64,000 nucleotides of DNA from Spirochaetia bacterium (GTDB lineage: Bacteria; Spirochaetota; Spirochaetia; UBA9216), in the NCBI GenBank assembly GCA_963677925.2, contig CAXXYH010000003.1, forward strand, positions 1,216,001-1,280,000, in the 5' to 3' direction. The notes under the pieces are model-generated. The model did not search any database, was not told the DNA's origin, and saw nothing but the letters and a program-made list of their open reading frames with translations. Every line of letters starts with the position of its first letter. The first letter of the stretch is position 1. The translations under genes were made by a program, and so were the position numbers. Positions 18,845 to 29,064 of this stretch are shown here, one piece after another.

Positions 18845-19159
18845 CTATTGGATAAGACTGAGGAGCTCGCCTACTGCGGGCTCTTTTTCTTTTACACCTG
18901 TTTTTCTGACGGCTTTCCGGATGATAGTTTCCCACTGTTTCTCAGGTATATCTTCCATCATATTTTCAAGCAGATCCGGAATTCGGTCATCAATTGCAAT
19001 ATTGTAAATTTTAGTTTCATCGAAGAAAAAGAATGAATGGAGCTCATTTATATAATCTCCAACACTCATTTCCGCTCTGTCACCTTTCTGCAGTCGCTCT
19101 TCTTTTTTAATTGCTTTCTTAATATCTCTTTCTTTTCGTGCAAGATCAGTACGTTTCAT
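18845..19159 (-). CDS. Hypothetical protein (charged, helical)
   Basis: 104-aa ORF with AGGGGA RBS. Confidence 0.7.
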   Translation of the reverse strand: MKRTDLARKERDIKKAIKKEERLQKGDRAEMSVGDYINELHSFFFFDETKIYNIAIDDRIPDLLENMMEDIPEKQWETIIRKAVRKTGVKEKEPAVGELLSLIQ

Positions 19160-19234
19160 GACTTTCCCCTGTTCCTGAGAGATATGTGGTCATTCTGCTT
19201 TCGGTATAATATAACTGAAAAAACGATGATCGGC

Positions 19235-19282
19235 AAGTATGATAAGCTAAGATGAGATATCTCATCTTAGCTTATCATACTT
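19235..19282. repeat. Perfect 48-bp palindrome with no spacer
   Basis: AAGTATGATAAGCTAAGATGAGAT|ATCTCATCTTAGCTTATCATACTT. Confidence 0.95.
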
Positions 19283-19361
19283 TTACGCCAGGATATTCTT
19301 ATTTGCGCTATTTTAACGGAGAGCTAACCTGTTTCTAATAAATGAAGCCTAAATATAAGTA

Positions 19362-20573
19362 GTGGAAAATATTGATTCTGTTTATGATTATGGAAACGCA
19401 AATCAGCAGCTGTCCCGTTTATATGATAACGCGGAACAGTATTCCATATCCAAATCATCACCGGTTATAATTTTCAGTGATCTGCATATTGGCAACGGCG
19501 GTAAAAACGACGATTTTAAAAAGAATTCAGAATTATTCACCGAGGCCTTAAAATCCTACTACAGCCCAAACCGCTATACACTGGTACTCAACGGTGACAT
19601 TGAGGAGCTGCAGAAGTTCCGCCTTGATCAGATAAGAAAACAATGGATGGAGCTTTACAATGTTTTCGACAGTTTCGCTGAAGACAAAAGGCTGATAAAG
19701 CTGACCGGTAACCACGATGATATGCTCGAGTCGGGACTTATAGAAAACCGCTACGGTTCAAAGCAGGCCGCAAAATTGAAATTAGAAGGAATCCGCAATC
19801 CTCTGTTTATCTTCCACGGCCACCAGGCTTCATGGTACTACCAGCATATGAACAAGCTGAATGAAATTCTGCTGCGCTACATTGTGAACCCGTCGGGGAT
19901 AGGTAATATTTCTAAGAAATACGATTATGCAAGAAGGATGAAGCTTGAGAAGCGGATATACGATTTCTCCAAGGAAAACAAGCTGATATCCATAATAGGA
20001 CATACTCACAGACCACTTTTTGAATCTCTTTCAAGGGTAGATTCACTTAGGTTTATGATTGAAAGCCTCCTGCGGGCCTATCGAAACGCTCCACTTGGAA
20101 AGAGAGCTGAAATAGCAGCAAGGATACACCAGCTTAAGCATAACTTTGATACATGCTCCGGAAAAAACAGACACAGCGAACCTGTAACAAGGCTGTACAG
20201 CGGTGAGATCCCTGTTCCATGCATGTTCAACAGCGGATGTGCAATCGGCAAGCGTGGAATCACAGGTATTGAAATTAATGATGGACGTATATCACTGGTT
20301 CACTGGTTTGACAGCAGGGTCAGCAACCGCTTTATTTTTTCATCTGAAATGGAACCGAAGAAGCTGTCTGCAGACTCACCGCTTTACCGCGTAGTGCTTC
20401 GTGAAGACAGCCTCCATTATATCAATGATTCCATCCAGATTCTCGGGGGGATCCCCGGAAGTGAAGATGTAATCATTGAAAAACCTGTTTCCATTTTCTC
20501 AGAAAATGAAATCTTTTCTGATATTTCAGACATTTCTGTTTATTCTAAACAAAACCTTACACTCCGCTATTAA
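19362..20573 (+). CDS. Calcineurin-like metallophosphoesterase
   Basis: DLH, GD, GNHD, HGH and GHTH motifs. Confidence 0.88.
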   Translation: MENIDSVYDYGNANQQLSRLYDNAEQYSISKSSPVIIFSDLHIGNGGKNDDFKKNSELFTEALKSYYSPNRYTLVLNGDIEELQKFRLDQIRKQWMELYNVFDSFAEDKRLIKLTGNHDDMLESGLIENRYGSKQAAKLKLEGIRNPLFIFHGHQASWYYQHMNKLNEILLRYIVNPSGIGNISKKYDYARRMKLEKRIYDFSKENKLISIIGHTHRPLFESLSRVDSLRFMIESLLRAYRNAPLGKRAEIAARIHQLKHNFDTCSGKNRHSEPVTRLYSGEIPVPCMFNSGCAIGKRGITGIEINDGRISLVHWFDSRVSNRFIFSSEMEPKKLSADSPLYRVVLREDSLHYINDSIQILGGIPGSEDVIIEKPVSIFSENEIFSDISDISVYSKQNLTLRY

Positions 20574-20600
20574 CAGATGTTTCCAAAGAGAATAAAGCAT

Positions 20601-20630
20601 AAAAAAAAGAGTCTGTCATTCGACAGACTC
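20601..20630 (-). terminator. Intrinsic terminator of trxA
   Basis: GAGTCTGTC-ATTC-GACAGACTC plus 8-nt U-tract on the minus strand. Confidence 0.85.
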
Positions 20631-20656
20631 CCTTTACTGTGTGGTTATTCAAATGT

Positions 20657-21007
20657 TTAAAGAAGACTCTCGTCAATGATCTTCTTCAACTGGGCTTCCG
20701 GAAGGGCACCTGCAGCCATCTGAGGCTGGCCTTCCATCGGGATAAATAGAAGTGAGGGAATACTCTGAATACCGAATGCACCGGCTAGTTCAGGTTCATC
20801 TTCTGTATTAACCTTGTAGAAAGCTACCTTTCCATCATAGTCCTTTGAAAGTTTTTCAATGGTAGGGGCAAGCATTTTACAGGGCATGCACCAGTCTGCG
20901 TAGAAGTCTACTACTGCGGGAACCCCGCCCTCATATTTCCATTCTTTATTATTCTCATAATCAAAAACCTTGGTTTTGAATTCTGCGGATGTTAGATGTT
21001 CAGCCAT
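20657..21007 (-). CDS. trxA: Thioredoxin
   Basis: DFYADWCMPCK and cis-Pro motif SIP. Confidence 0.93.
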   Translation of the reverse strand: MAEHLTSAEFKTKVFDYENNKEWKYEGGVPAVVDFYADWCMPCKMLAPTIEKLSKDYDGKVAFYKVNTEDEPELAGAFGIQSIPSLLFIPMEGQPQMAAGALPEAQLKKIIDESLL

Positions 21008-21144
21008 AATGGGCCTCCTTTATATTTTCTCTATATATAAAATAACTAATATTTAGACAGAGGTCAACACAAATCGATATTTTTTAATTCATATTAATAT
21101 CTGCCGCTATTATAAATATAGTATCTGCCGCCCTTCAAAATCCA

Positions 21145-22140
21145 CTAAAAAATCTGTATTTCAGCATTTTCTTTCAGTTCTGCAGTGAAAGTGCGTACTT
21201 TGTTATTCAGTTTCTCGTTGTTCAGATAATATTCAATGCTTTCCTGTACATCTTCATATGAAGCGGTGGTTTCTTCTGTTCGATCTGTAAGAAGAATAAT
21301 ATGGTAACCGAACTGCGTTCTGACCGGCTGACTTAGCTCTCCTACTTCAAGCTGAAGCACTGCCTGTTCAAAAGGAGGTACCATGTCGCCCTTTCTGAAA
21401 ACGCCAAGCTCCCCGCCTCTGACGTTGCTCGGACCTTCCGAATACTCTTTTGCCAGTTCAGCAAAATCTTCACCGTTAACAATTCTTTCACGTATGCCGG
21501 TAATTTTCTCTTTTACAGCCTGAATTTCTTCTTCTGAAGCATCCTCTTGAATAAGAAGAAGTATATGACTGGCCTGGAAGGTTTCCTCCTGAATAAAGTA
21601 ATCGGGGTTGTTATTGTAGAAATCCTCCTTTTCAGTTTCAGAAATCTCAATACCGGACTGAAATTCGGTAATAACAAAATCACGTACAACGTAATACCGT
21701 TTAGTATCTGTACGAAGCTGCTCCATATCTGTACCGCTTTGTGCCAGCATCGATTCAAGAGCCTCTAGGCCTCCGTAATTCATTGAAAGATCGTTTATGT
21801 ACTGTTCTACTTCTGCCTCATCGGCTGCATACCCCTTTTCCACTGCCGCCTGAAAAAGCAGCTCCCGGCTGATCAGAGTGTCCATAGCGTTCATGCTCAT
21901 CTGTTCAATCATAGCGGAATCAGGGTACTGCCCCCTGGACATCATTTCCTGGTAGGCTATCTGTATTTCCCTGTTGAGACTGTTCTCAGAAATAGCAACG
22001 CCATTGACGGAGGCCACGTTTTTTTCAGCGGCTGTTTCCTGATCTGCATCCGCAGCAGCAGTATCCTGAGCTGTAACTGTCTGAAGAGGTATTAAAAATG
22101 AAATTAAGACAAATAAATGTAGTAGATTTTTTCTATTCAA
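21145..22140 (-). CDS. Exported parvulin-type peptidyl-prolyl isomerase (SurA/PrsA-like)
   Basis: Signal peptide; ASHIL, FAELAKEYS, GGELG and TQFGYHII. Confidence 0.9.
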   Translation of the reverse strand: MNRKNLLHLFVLISFLIPLQTVTAQDTAAADADQETAAEKNVASVNGVAISENSLNREIQIAYQEMMSRGQYPDSAMIEQMSMNAMDTLISRELLFQAAVEKGYAADEAEVEQYINDLSMNYGGLEALESMLAQSGTDMEQLRTDTKRYYVVRDFVITEFQSGIEISETEKEDFYNNNPDYFIQEETFQASHILLLIQEDASEEEIQAVKEKITGIRERIVNGEDFAELAKEYSEGPSNVRGGELGVFRKGDMVPPFEQAVLQLEVGELSQPVRTQFGYHIILLTDRTEETTASYEDVQESIEYYLNNEKLNNKVRTFTAELKENAEIQIF

Positions 22141-22259
22141 ATTATGCTCCTGTTTGTATGGCTACAGCATATCCCATCACCCTGCTGATGTCCATTAGAA
22201 TTGTGCTAATCGTGCAAAGTCTGAACAAATGTGTTTGAAATCAAATATATGTTCGTGAT

Positions 22260-23864
22260 ATGCTTCTTCGTATGAGTACAGAACATATTGATTTGGATTT
22301 GGCTAAACGGATTCTTCATAATTATAATGAAGGGCTTTATGATAATGTAAAACCGGTTGAGGTTACAGGAATACCCGGGATTGACGGGAAAAGCATAATC
22401 GATCGTGCAAACCTTGAAAACTGGTCATACCCGCTTGAAACAGTCACTGAAAACCTGAACAGAATTCATCCCGGTTTTAACGCAGAGCTTCTGGGAACAG
22501 TATTCGGTAAAAAGGAAACGGCAGACGGAAATTCCGTCATAACCTTTTCCAGGAAAGAGCTCCATGATATTGGAGTCCAGCTCTATCCCTTCGTATCATT
22601 CGGAATCTTAAACGGAGGCTCAGCAACCAGTTATGCTGATTTGAAAAAGAATTCATCACTGAGCAGGGAACTCATGAGTATATATGAGGATATCTTTGAG
22701 GATGCTTCAGAGAACGCCACAGGCAAGGCAAAGGGAATTACGCCGGCCTACATGAACCCGGATGGCAGCTATGGACCTGATTTTATTGAGATAAAAATCA
22801 GAGCACTGCTGATTGAAAACCTGAGATACAGTCTAATCGTTAATGAAAACAATTCTCTATACAGTGATTTCGAAAGCCTGAAAAAACAGGCATGCTTTCC
22901 AATGTTTCAGATGACAAGCTTCAGTACTGATTCACAAATAAAGGAAGCGCTTGAAAAATATACAAAAAGCCCCGTACTCACGGATCTTATAGAAAGAACA
23001 GGGATAGACATTACAGAGATCCTTACCGGAATTCAGCCGCTTATAGCCGCCTATACACACTCAGATGTCGGCAGGCCGAAACAGATTTTCACCTTTGCCA
23101 ACGGCAGGGACGGAGAAATGCTGCCGCTGCCGGGAGGTCACGGACAGAACTTTCTTGTACTGTCTGAAATTTACCGTTATCTGCATTCTGAACTGGGTAA
23201 AAAGTTCATCTATATAACAAATGTTGACAATCTGGGTAATATGCCCGACCCTGTATCTCTTGCAGTTACCGCCATGTCCGGCAGACAGGCAGCCTTTGAT
23301 TTCTGTTTCAGAACACCAGTTGATGTAAAGGGCGGGATACTTGTCCTGGACGGCAGAGGGCGGCTGAACTGTGCCGACATCGGTCCTGCAGTCTCAAAGG
23401 AGGAGGTTCACAGGCAGGAAGAATCGGGGAAAAAGATTCTTTACAACTGCGCAACCGGCCTTTTCAGCCTTGACTACCTTGTCCCGAACCTGGAACAGGT
23501 CATAAATAAACTCCCAATGAGATTTACCGACCAGGTGAAGGACGCCGGCTCCTACTCACAGGCGGAGCAGGTTACCTGGGAGATTATCGGCATTCTCGAT
23601 GATTTTCTGATTTTCGGAGTAGATAAATACCGGAGGTTCCTGGCTGCTAAACTGCTTCTTGAATCCTTTATCACAAGCGGTCTGCGCATAGACAGGCCGG
23701 AGTTCCCGACAGATCCCGATCCTGCTGAAGATTTCAAGGCAACAGCCGAAAATCTATACAGGGGACTGAGGGAAAACCTTGAACAGGTATACGGAATGAA
23801 TTCGGACGGTACTAAATGGCGTCCTGATTCAATAGAGAAACTAGAAGAAATTATTAGAGGTTGA
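22260..23864 (+). CDS. UDPGP-family nucleotidyltransferase (UTP-glucose-1-phosphate uridylyltransferase-like)
   Basis: LNGGSATS, PGGHG, NVDNL and DVKGG motifs. Confidence 0.8.
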   Translation: MLLRMSTEHIDLDLAKRILHNYNEGLYDNVKPVEVTGIPGIDGKSIIDRANLENWSYPLETVTENLNRIHPGFNAELLGTVFGKKETADGNSVITFSRKELHDIGVQLYPFVSFGILNGGSATSYADLKKNSSLSRELMSIYEDIFEDASENATGKAKGITPAYMNPDGSYGPDFIEIKIRALLIENLRYSLIVNENNSLYSDFESLKKQACFPMFQMTSFSTDSQIKEALEKYTKSPVLTDLIERTGIDITEILTGIQPLIAAYTHSDVGRPKQIFTFANGRDGEMLPLPGGHGQNFLVLSEIYRYLHSELGKKFIYITNVDNLGNMPDPVSLAVTAMSGRQAAFDFCFRTPVDVKGGILVLDGRGRLNCADIGPAVSKEEVHRQEESGKKILYNCATGLFSLDYLVPNLEQVINKLPMRFTDQVKDAGSYSQAEQVTWEIIGILDDFLIFGVDKYRRFLAAKLLLESFITSGLRIDRPEFPTDPDPAEDFKATAENLYRGLRENLEQVYGMNSDGTKWRPDSIEKLEEIIRG

Positions 23865-23865
23865 A

Positions 23866-25044
23866 ATGAAGTTAAACAGCTTTAGAAAAATATGGCTTGT
23901 GCTGGTTTTAACAGCTGCCGCCGCCGCCATGTACGCGCAGGATATTACCGAAGAAGAAAAGGTTCTTGCGCTTATTGAGTTCAAAAACATGGAGGACAAC
24001 GGTGAACATGATTACCTGGCAAGCCTCATTTCTGCTGTACTTCGCGAAGATCTTTCACATACAGAGGGCATAACCCTGGTTGAACGCTCCAGGATTGACA
24101 GTATAATCAACGAGCAGCAGCTGCAGCTTTCCGGACTCACTGCGGAAGACGATGCTCTTAAAGCCGGACGGATGCTCGGAAGCGATTACTTAAGCGGCGG
24201 CAGTTTTATAGTCATCGGCGGTGAAGTTCTGCTGGATGTCACTCTGATAAATGTTGAAACATCAAAGGTTCTGTCATTTGCCAGCCGCGGAAGTACAGAC
24301 GACCTGATTCATATCGCAGCAGAAAAAATTGCCCGTGAACTCACAGGAAAAACAAGGGTTTTCAGAACCGCGGAATCAGGGCGACCGATAATCAAGAATG
24401 AACTGCTTCCGCCGGGAAAACTCAAACTATTTTCTCATCTTATTGATGCAAGAATATATATCGATGATGAGTTTGTCGGATACACAAGCGGCGACCGCAC
24501 AATTCCGGTTGAAATTGAGCTTCAGCCCGGCGAACACACTATTGAAACAGATCTGGGAAACAGCTTCGGCGTTATAAAGGAACCGGAAATCATATTCGAA
24601 CACTGGAAGGTACCGTTTACAGTTGAATCAAGCGGTGTGATAATACTTGAAGACGGAACACGACATTACAACAGTATTCTTTATGAGCTGCTGCGGCTGA
24701 CCCATGACGACAAAGAGTTCAGAAACGGCGACAGGGAGCCATATCAGACCGAAGAATCTTTCAGTTTTACCGACAGAGAGGGAAATCCAGTAGCCGGCAG
24801 CTTTACAATCTACATCACCCCTACTGAGGAAAGGGGGTTGAAAATGCAGATGATGCTCATCTATAACGGGAACAGGGAGGTCTTTGATTATTCCTGCGAG
24901 CCTGGTGAAGATGAAGAGTTCGAGCATGAAACGGGGCACATCAAAATGGAAGTAGAGCTCAGCTGCAGATACCCGGATAGACTCGAAGTCTCATGGAATC
25001 TCGAACGTACGGATATCTGGCAGAGCATGTTCTACAATAACTGA
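23866..25044 (+). CDS. Exported CsgG/TolB-N-like and PEGA domain protein
   Basis: Signal peptide; LVERSRIDSIINEQQLQLSG; ARIYIDDEFVG. Confidence 0.7.
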   Translation: MKLNSFRKIWLVLVLTAAAAAMYAQDITEEEKVLALIEFKNMEDNGEHDYLASLISAVLREDLSHTEGITLVERSRIDSIINEQQLQLSGLTAEDDALKAGRMLGSDYLSGGSFIVIGGEVLLDVTLINVETSKVLSFASRGSTDDLIHIAAEKIARELTGKTRVFRTAESGRPIIKNELLPPGKLKLFSHLIDARIYIDDEFVGYTSGDRTIPVEIELQPGEHTIETDLGNSFGVIKEPEIIFEHWKVPFTVESSGVIILEDGTRHYNSILYELLRLTHDDKEFRNGDREPYQTEESFSFTDREGNPVAGSFTIYITPTEERGLKMQMMLIYNGNREVFDYSCEPGEDEEFEHETGHIKMEVELSCRYPDRLEVSWNLERTDIWQSMFYNN

Positions 25045-26339
25045 TTCCCTGTTTTTCTCATATTTACAGGAATATAATCAGAAGCCTTCTTTTCAGTAAA
25101 ATTCCTTTTTAATCTGGCAAAGCGCATTCTCCCGTTCTCATACGGTACAGCGGGAGGTGCCGAACCTGTCAGAGGCATGGCATATTCAATAAATTCATCG
25201 GTTACATCAAGCCCGTCCGCAGTGATCCATGAGTACGGAAGATGTCTTACCGAGTTGGCAACAATATCAAGCCTTACTTTATCGTAATACACACTGTATC
25301 CGCTTACAGCCCGATCGCGCAGAATCGTGGCCATCCATCCCGAACCGTCTTTTACTGCAGTTTCAACCGCAAACTTTCCGACCTGAAAGGCTTCTTCAAT
25401 ATCAACTGATGAGGCATAAAGACTGGTGCTGCGCTGCAGAATCCCGGGAACCTGTCCAGTAGCCTGTCCGCGGGCTTTGAGTCCATGACTGTTAAGGTAA
25501 TTGACTATTTTCTGGGCTACAGTAGATTCGCTTGCACCGTATTCGATGTGCCCGAATCCGTCACGGGCTTCTCCAAGGCTGCCGGCATTGAACCCTTCGC
25601 TTGCAACAACTATACAGCGGCCTCGTTCTATAAGGCAGCGGTTAACATTTTCGGCCAGTGATTCAAGATTATGATCGGTTTCGGCAAGATAAAGCTGTAT
25701 AGGGGCTTCACGATCCGGGTCGGCCAGTCTTGCGGCCGCAGGGATAAATCCGCTGGTCCGGCCCATTGCCTGGAAAACGGATACAGGCTCGGATACATCA
25801 ATCGCACGGTTTTCTTCATTCGTCTGCTGAATAATGTGTTTCCAGTAGCTGGCTGCCGATCCGTACCCCGGCGTATGATCAATAATAGTAAACTCTTCAT
25901 CGCCAAGATCGTTGTCTATGGTCTTCGGTACACCTGCTACAATCAGCTCATAGCCTTCCCTTTTTGCAAGTGCAGCTACCTTGTCGGCCGTATCCATGGA
26001 GTCGTTTCCACCGATGTAGAAAAACCAGCCCACATCCTGTGCTCTGCATACATCGATAATCCGCTGAAAATCTTCGGTATTCTCCTCTTTCAGCTTATAC
26101 CGGCAGGTTCCTATTGCCCCTGAAGCAGGGGTATGGCGCAGAAGAGATAATTCATAATCATCCTCAGCATTGATATCTATCAGTTCTTCCTTAAGAACTC
26201 CTTCTATTCCATGCCATCCGGCAAAGATACGTCCGAACTTTTCCGGCATTGCTCTGCAGGCTTCGATTACACCAAGCAGAGAGGCATTGATCACCGGTGA
26301 TGGTCCGCCGGACTGTGCTACTATTACATTACTTTTCAT
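25032..26339 (-). CDS. Pyrophosphate-dependent phosphofructokinase family
   Basis: QSGGP, IGGNDS (Asp typical of PPi use), PKTIDND and MGR. Confidence 0.88.
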   Translation of the reverse strand: MKSNVIVAQSGGPSPVINASLLGVIEACRAMPEKFGRIFAGWHGIEGVLKEELIDINAEDDYELSLLRHTPASGAIGTCRYKLKEENTEDFQRIIDVCRAQDVGWFFYIGGNDSMDTADKVAALAKREGYELIVAGVPKTIDNDLGDEEFTIIDHTPGYGSAASYWKHIIQQTNEENRAIDVSEPVSVFQAMGRTSGFIPAAARLADPDREAPIQLYLAETDHNLESLAENVNRCLIERGRCIVVASEGFNAGSLGEARDGFGHIEYGASESTVAQKIVNYLNSHGLKARGQATGQVPGILQRSTSLYASSVDIEEAFQVGKFAVETAVKDGSGWMATILRDRAVSGYSVYYDKVRLDIVANSVRHLPYSWITADGLDVTDEFIEYAMPLTGSAPPAVPYENGRMRFARLKRNFTEKKASDYIPVNMRKTGNQLL

Positions 26340-26471
26340 AGTTTTATAATATTACATCACTCATACATTCATCAATATTCATGAGGGTCTTCAATTTTTT
26401 ATTCTTAAATTTGTAAATTTTGATGTGATCTACTAATATTTTTATAGACAAGAACCGGAAGAGGAAGAAAT

Positions 26472-27707
26472 ATGCCTGAATTTTCAATTCTGATTGTTGA
26501 TGATGAAGCAAATGTACTCGCAGCACTGCACAGGCTGTTCAGGGCAAACAAAAGGCTGCAGGTTCATACAGCGACCGATGCGCGTTCAGGCGTAGAGGTT
26601 CTAAGAAAAAACGATATAGATCTCGTGATCAGTGATGAAAGAATGCCTGAGGTTGAAGGTCATAAGTTTCTAGCCTATCTTCGTAAGAACTTTCCGGATG
26701 TTGTGCGGATAATGCTCAGCGGCTATGCAGAACAGGATGCCATTCTTGATGCTATTAATAAGGGTGAGGTATACCGTTTCATTACAAAACCCTGGAACAA
26801 CCATGAATTGATGATAACAATTGAAAAAGCGCTTGAACACGGCAGGCTTGCAAAGGAAAACCGGAAACTCGCAGAGGAGCTGAAAAAGAAAAACCGGGAA
26901 CTGTCAGAAATAAATAAAACCCTTGAACTCAAGGTTAAACAGCGGACTGAAGAACTGGAGAAGGCAATGCTGCAGATCAGCAGTCAGCGCGATGCGGCTC
27001 AGAACGGACTTGCCGATACTGCAACCTTTCTTACCAGCATGGTAGGTCTTATACGCAAGGATATAAGGGATCATGTCAAAAGGATTGCCGACACCGCCCA
27101 GAAAGTGGTACGTGAACTAAAACTGCCTGCGGCCGAAGTTCAGCCTATCATTATGGCTTCATACTTTCATGAACTGGGCCGGTTCGGAGGCAGTACTGAA
27201 GACGGCGAAGACGAAGAAAAAACATCGGAACTGAGCGAACACCTGATCCGAAGTGTTCTAAAAATGACTGAACTTGCTGAGATTGTAAGACATTACCGGG
27301 AAAACTGGGATGGTTCAGGCTCCCCTGATAATCTTAAGGAAGAGAAAATCCCCATAGGAAGCAGAATTCTCCGGGTCTGTAAAGACTATGATCACATGCT
27401 CTATATACGGAACAACAATAGCGCCGAAACTGAAGACTTCCTAATCCAGCATTCCGGAATCTATTACGACCGTGATGTTGTGGCAGCTCTTTTGAGTAAA
27501 GTAAAAAATGATGATAAAGACGGTAAATGGGTAAAAGTCACTGAGCTGAAAGACAATATGGTGCTTTACGGTAATGTTTATCTGGAGAGCGGAGTTCTTT
27601 TTCTGCCGGCAAACACGGTTGTTGATGAAAATGTAACAAGGCGTATAGAGGATTTTGCCGAGCTTATCGATATGGAAAAGCAGGTATATGTAAAACTTCT
27701 GAAATAA
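26472..27707 (+). CDS. Response regulator with degenerate HD-GYP domain
   Basis: REC (VDD, SDERMP, KP), coiled coil; FHELG and HYRENWDGSGSP in place of HD/GYP. Confidence 0.85.
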   Translation: MPEFSILIVDDEANVLAALHRLFRANKRLQVHTATDARSGVEVLRKNDIDLVISDERMPEVEGHKFLAYLRKNFPDVVRIMLSGYAEQDAILDAINKGEVYRFITKPWNNHELMITIEKALEHGRLAKENRKLAEELKKKNRELSEINKTLELKVKQRTEELEKAMLQISSQRDAAQNGLADTATFLTSMVGLIRKDIRDHVKRIADTAQKVVRELKLPAAEVQPIIMASYFHELGRFGGSTEDGEDEEKTSELSEHLIRSVLKMTELAEIVRHYRENWDGSGSPDNLKEEKIPIGSRILRVCKDYDHMLYIRNNNSAETEDFLIQHSGIYYDRDVVAALLSKVKNDDKDGKWVKVTELKDNMVLYGNVYLESGVLFLPANTVVDENVTRRIEDFAELIDMEKQVYVKLLK

Positions 27708-27777
27708 CCGGAGGCCTTTTTCTTAATCACCCAGGACCGTATTTTTTTAATTCTGCGGTAAATTGCAGACGGAGCAA

Positions 27778-29007
27778 TTACTCCTCAATAATATCGCAGC
27801 AGAGGATATAGGGTATGTTATTTCCATCAGAAAAAGGCAGGGCTATAGTTGTACAGAGGTGTCCCGAGTTCCTTGAGATGTATTTCTTTGTAGTATATTT
27901 ATGAAGCCCGGTGCTGAAGTGAAAGAAATAACTCTTGTAGGAATGATCGAACCCGGCAGACGAGACATGAAAGAGTCTGCTTTTCGGGGAAAAGTCATCA
28001 CTGAAGACACAGTCGCCAACCTGAATACCGTTTTCATCAAGGATATAGACACAGTCAATGACAGCCTGCCGGTTTACGGCAGTGTGCAGGTATTTGTGAA
28101 AACCATGATTCGGCATTGCTGAAAGTTCAAGAATAAACTGGGACATCACGGTATCATATCGTGTAAAATTAAGGTGTCGGTTCTTCACCATCTGGAGGGT
28201 CCTGTTCCTGAATCCCGAAGCAACCGGAACAGCATCAGCCGCCTGAAGAACGTATAGCTCCTCAGTTTCCTGAGGATGCAGGATAAGGAAGCCCTGGAGC
28301 AGGTCGGAACCGTATTCAAGCGAAGTTACGGCTTCATCTTCGGTCTCAACCCCCTCGACAATAACAACAGCCCCTACCTGATGTGAAATTGAGTTTATCG
28401 CCTGAACTATTTCTTTCTTATAGATATCATTCTCAATGTTTCTGACAAGAGCACTGTCTATTTTAATAATATCCGGCTGAAGAATTACAACCCTCTCAAG
28501 GTTTGACAGAGTTTTGCCTGTACCCGTAAGCGCTATCAGAAATCCGGATTTTTTGAAAGCATCAATCGAGCTTTTCAGAACCTCAATGCTGTTGATATCA
28601 GATTCCAGAATTTCAAGTATTATTGAAGCAGGGCTTAAACCGGCTTTGATAGCCATATCAGTAATTTCTTCTGCAGATGTATCAATACTTAATATAGTCG
28701 GCTCCAGATTTACTGCAAGCAGAAGGTCTCGGTCATCCTTTTGAATCCTGCCGAAGCGTTCAAAAGCTTTTCTTAGGCAAAGCCTGTCAAGATCAGCTGC
28801 AGTGGTAGTTCTCCGGCCCATATAAAAAAGCAGTTCCGGATTGACCAGTTCTCTGTCGGAAGTCAAGCCGCGGCTTAAAGCTTCTACTATCACGGTTCTG
28901 TTCTCTGAACCTGAGACAATAGGCTGAAAACAGGTGATGACAGATTCATTCTCTAAAATCCAGTGATAGTCTTTTTCTGTGACATTCTGTAGCACTTTAT
29001 ATTCCAT
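27778..29007 (-). CDS. EAL domain protein with YkuI-like C-terminal sensor domain (degenerate)
   Basis: FQPIV, EAL, KID, EGVE and QGF present; DDFG replaced by TGTG. Confidence 0.85.
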   Translation of the reverse strand: MEYKVLQNVTEKDYHWILENESVITCFQPIVSGSENRTVIVEALSRGLTSDRELVNPELLFYMGRRTTTAADLDRLCLRKAFERFGRIQKDDRDLLLAVNLEPTILSIDTSAEEITDMAIKAGLSPASIILEILESDINSIEVLKSSIDAFKKSGFLIALTGTGKTLSNLERVVILQPDIIKIDSALVRNIENDIYKKEIVQAINSISHQVGAVVIVEGVETEDEAVTSLEYGSDLLQGFLILHPQETEELYVLQAADAVPVASGFRNRTLQMVKNRHLNFTRYDTVMSQFILELSAMPNHGFHKYLHTAVNRQAVIDCVYILDENGIQVGDCVFSDDFSPKSRLFHVSSAGFDHSYKSYFFHFSTGLHKYTTKKYISRNSGHLCTTIALPFSDGNNIPYILCCDIIEE

Positions 29008-29064
29008 ATCAGTTTATTCCTGCTCTATTAATCGGCCTGGGCCCATGTAAATTATAGGAAAAAA

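Noticed and set aside
21098-21131. TATCTGCCGC direct repeat (24-bp period) upstream of trxA
   Set aside because: Only 10 bp and two copies; could be an operator but cannot be supported
22260-23864. Eukaryote-like UDPGP family enzyme as a recent horizontal transfer
   Set aside because: This family is known in several bacterial groups including spirochaetes; no mobility signal nearby
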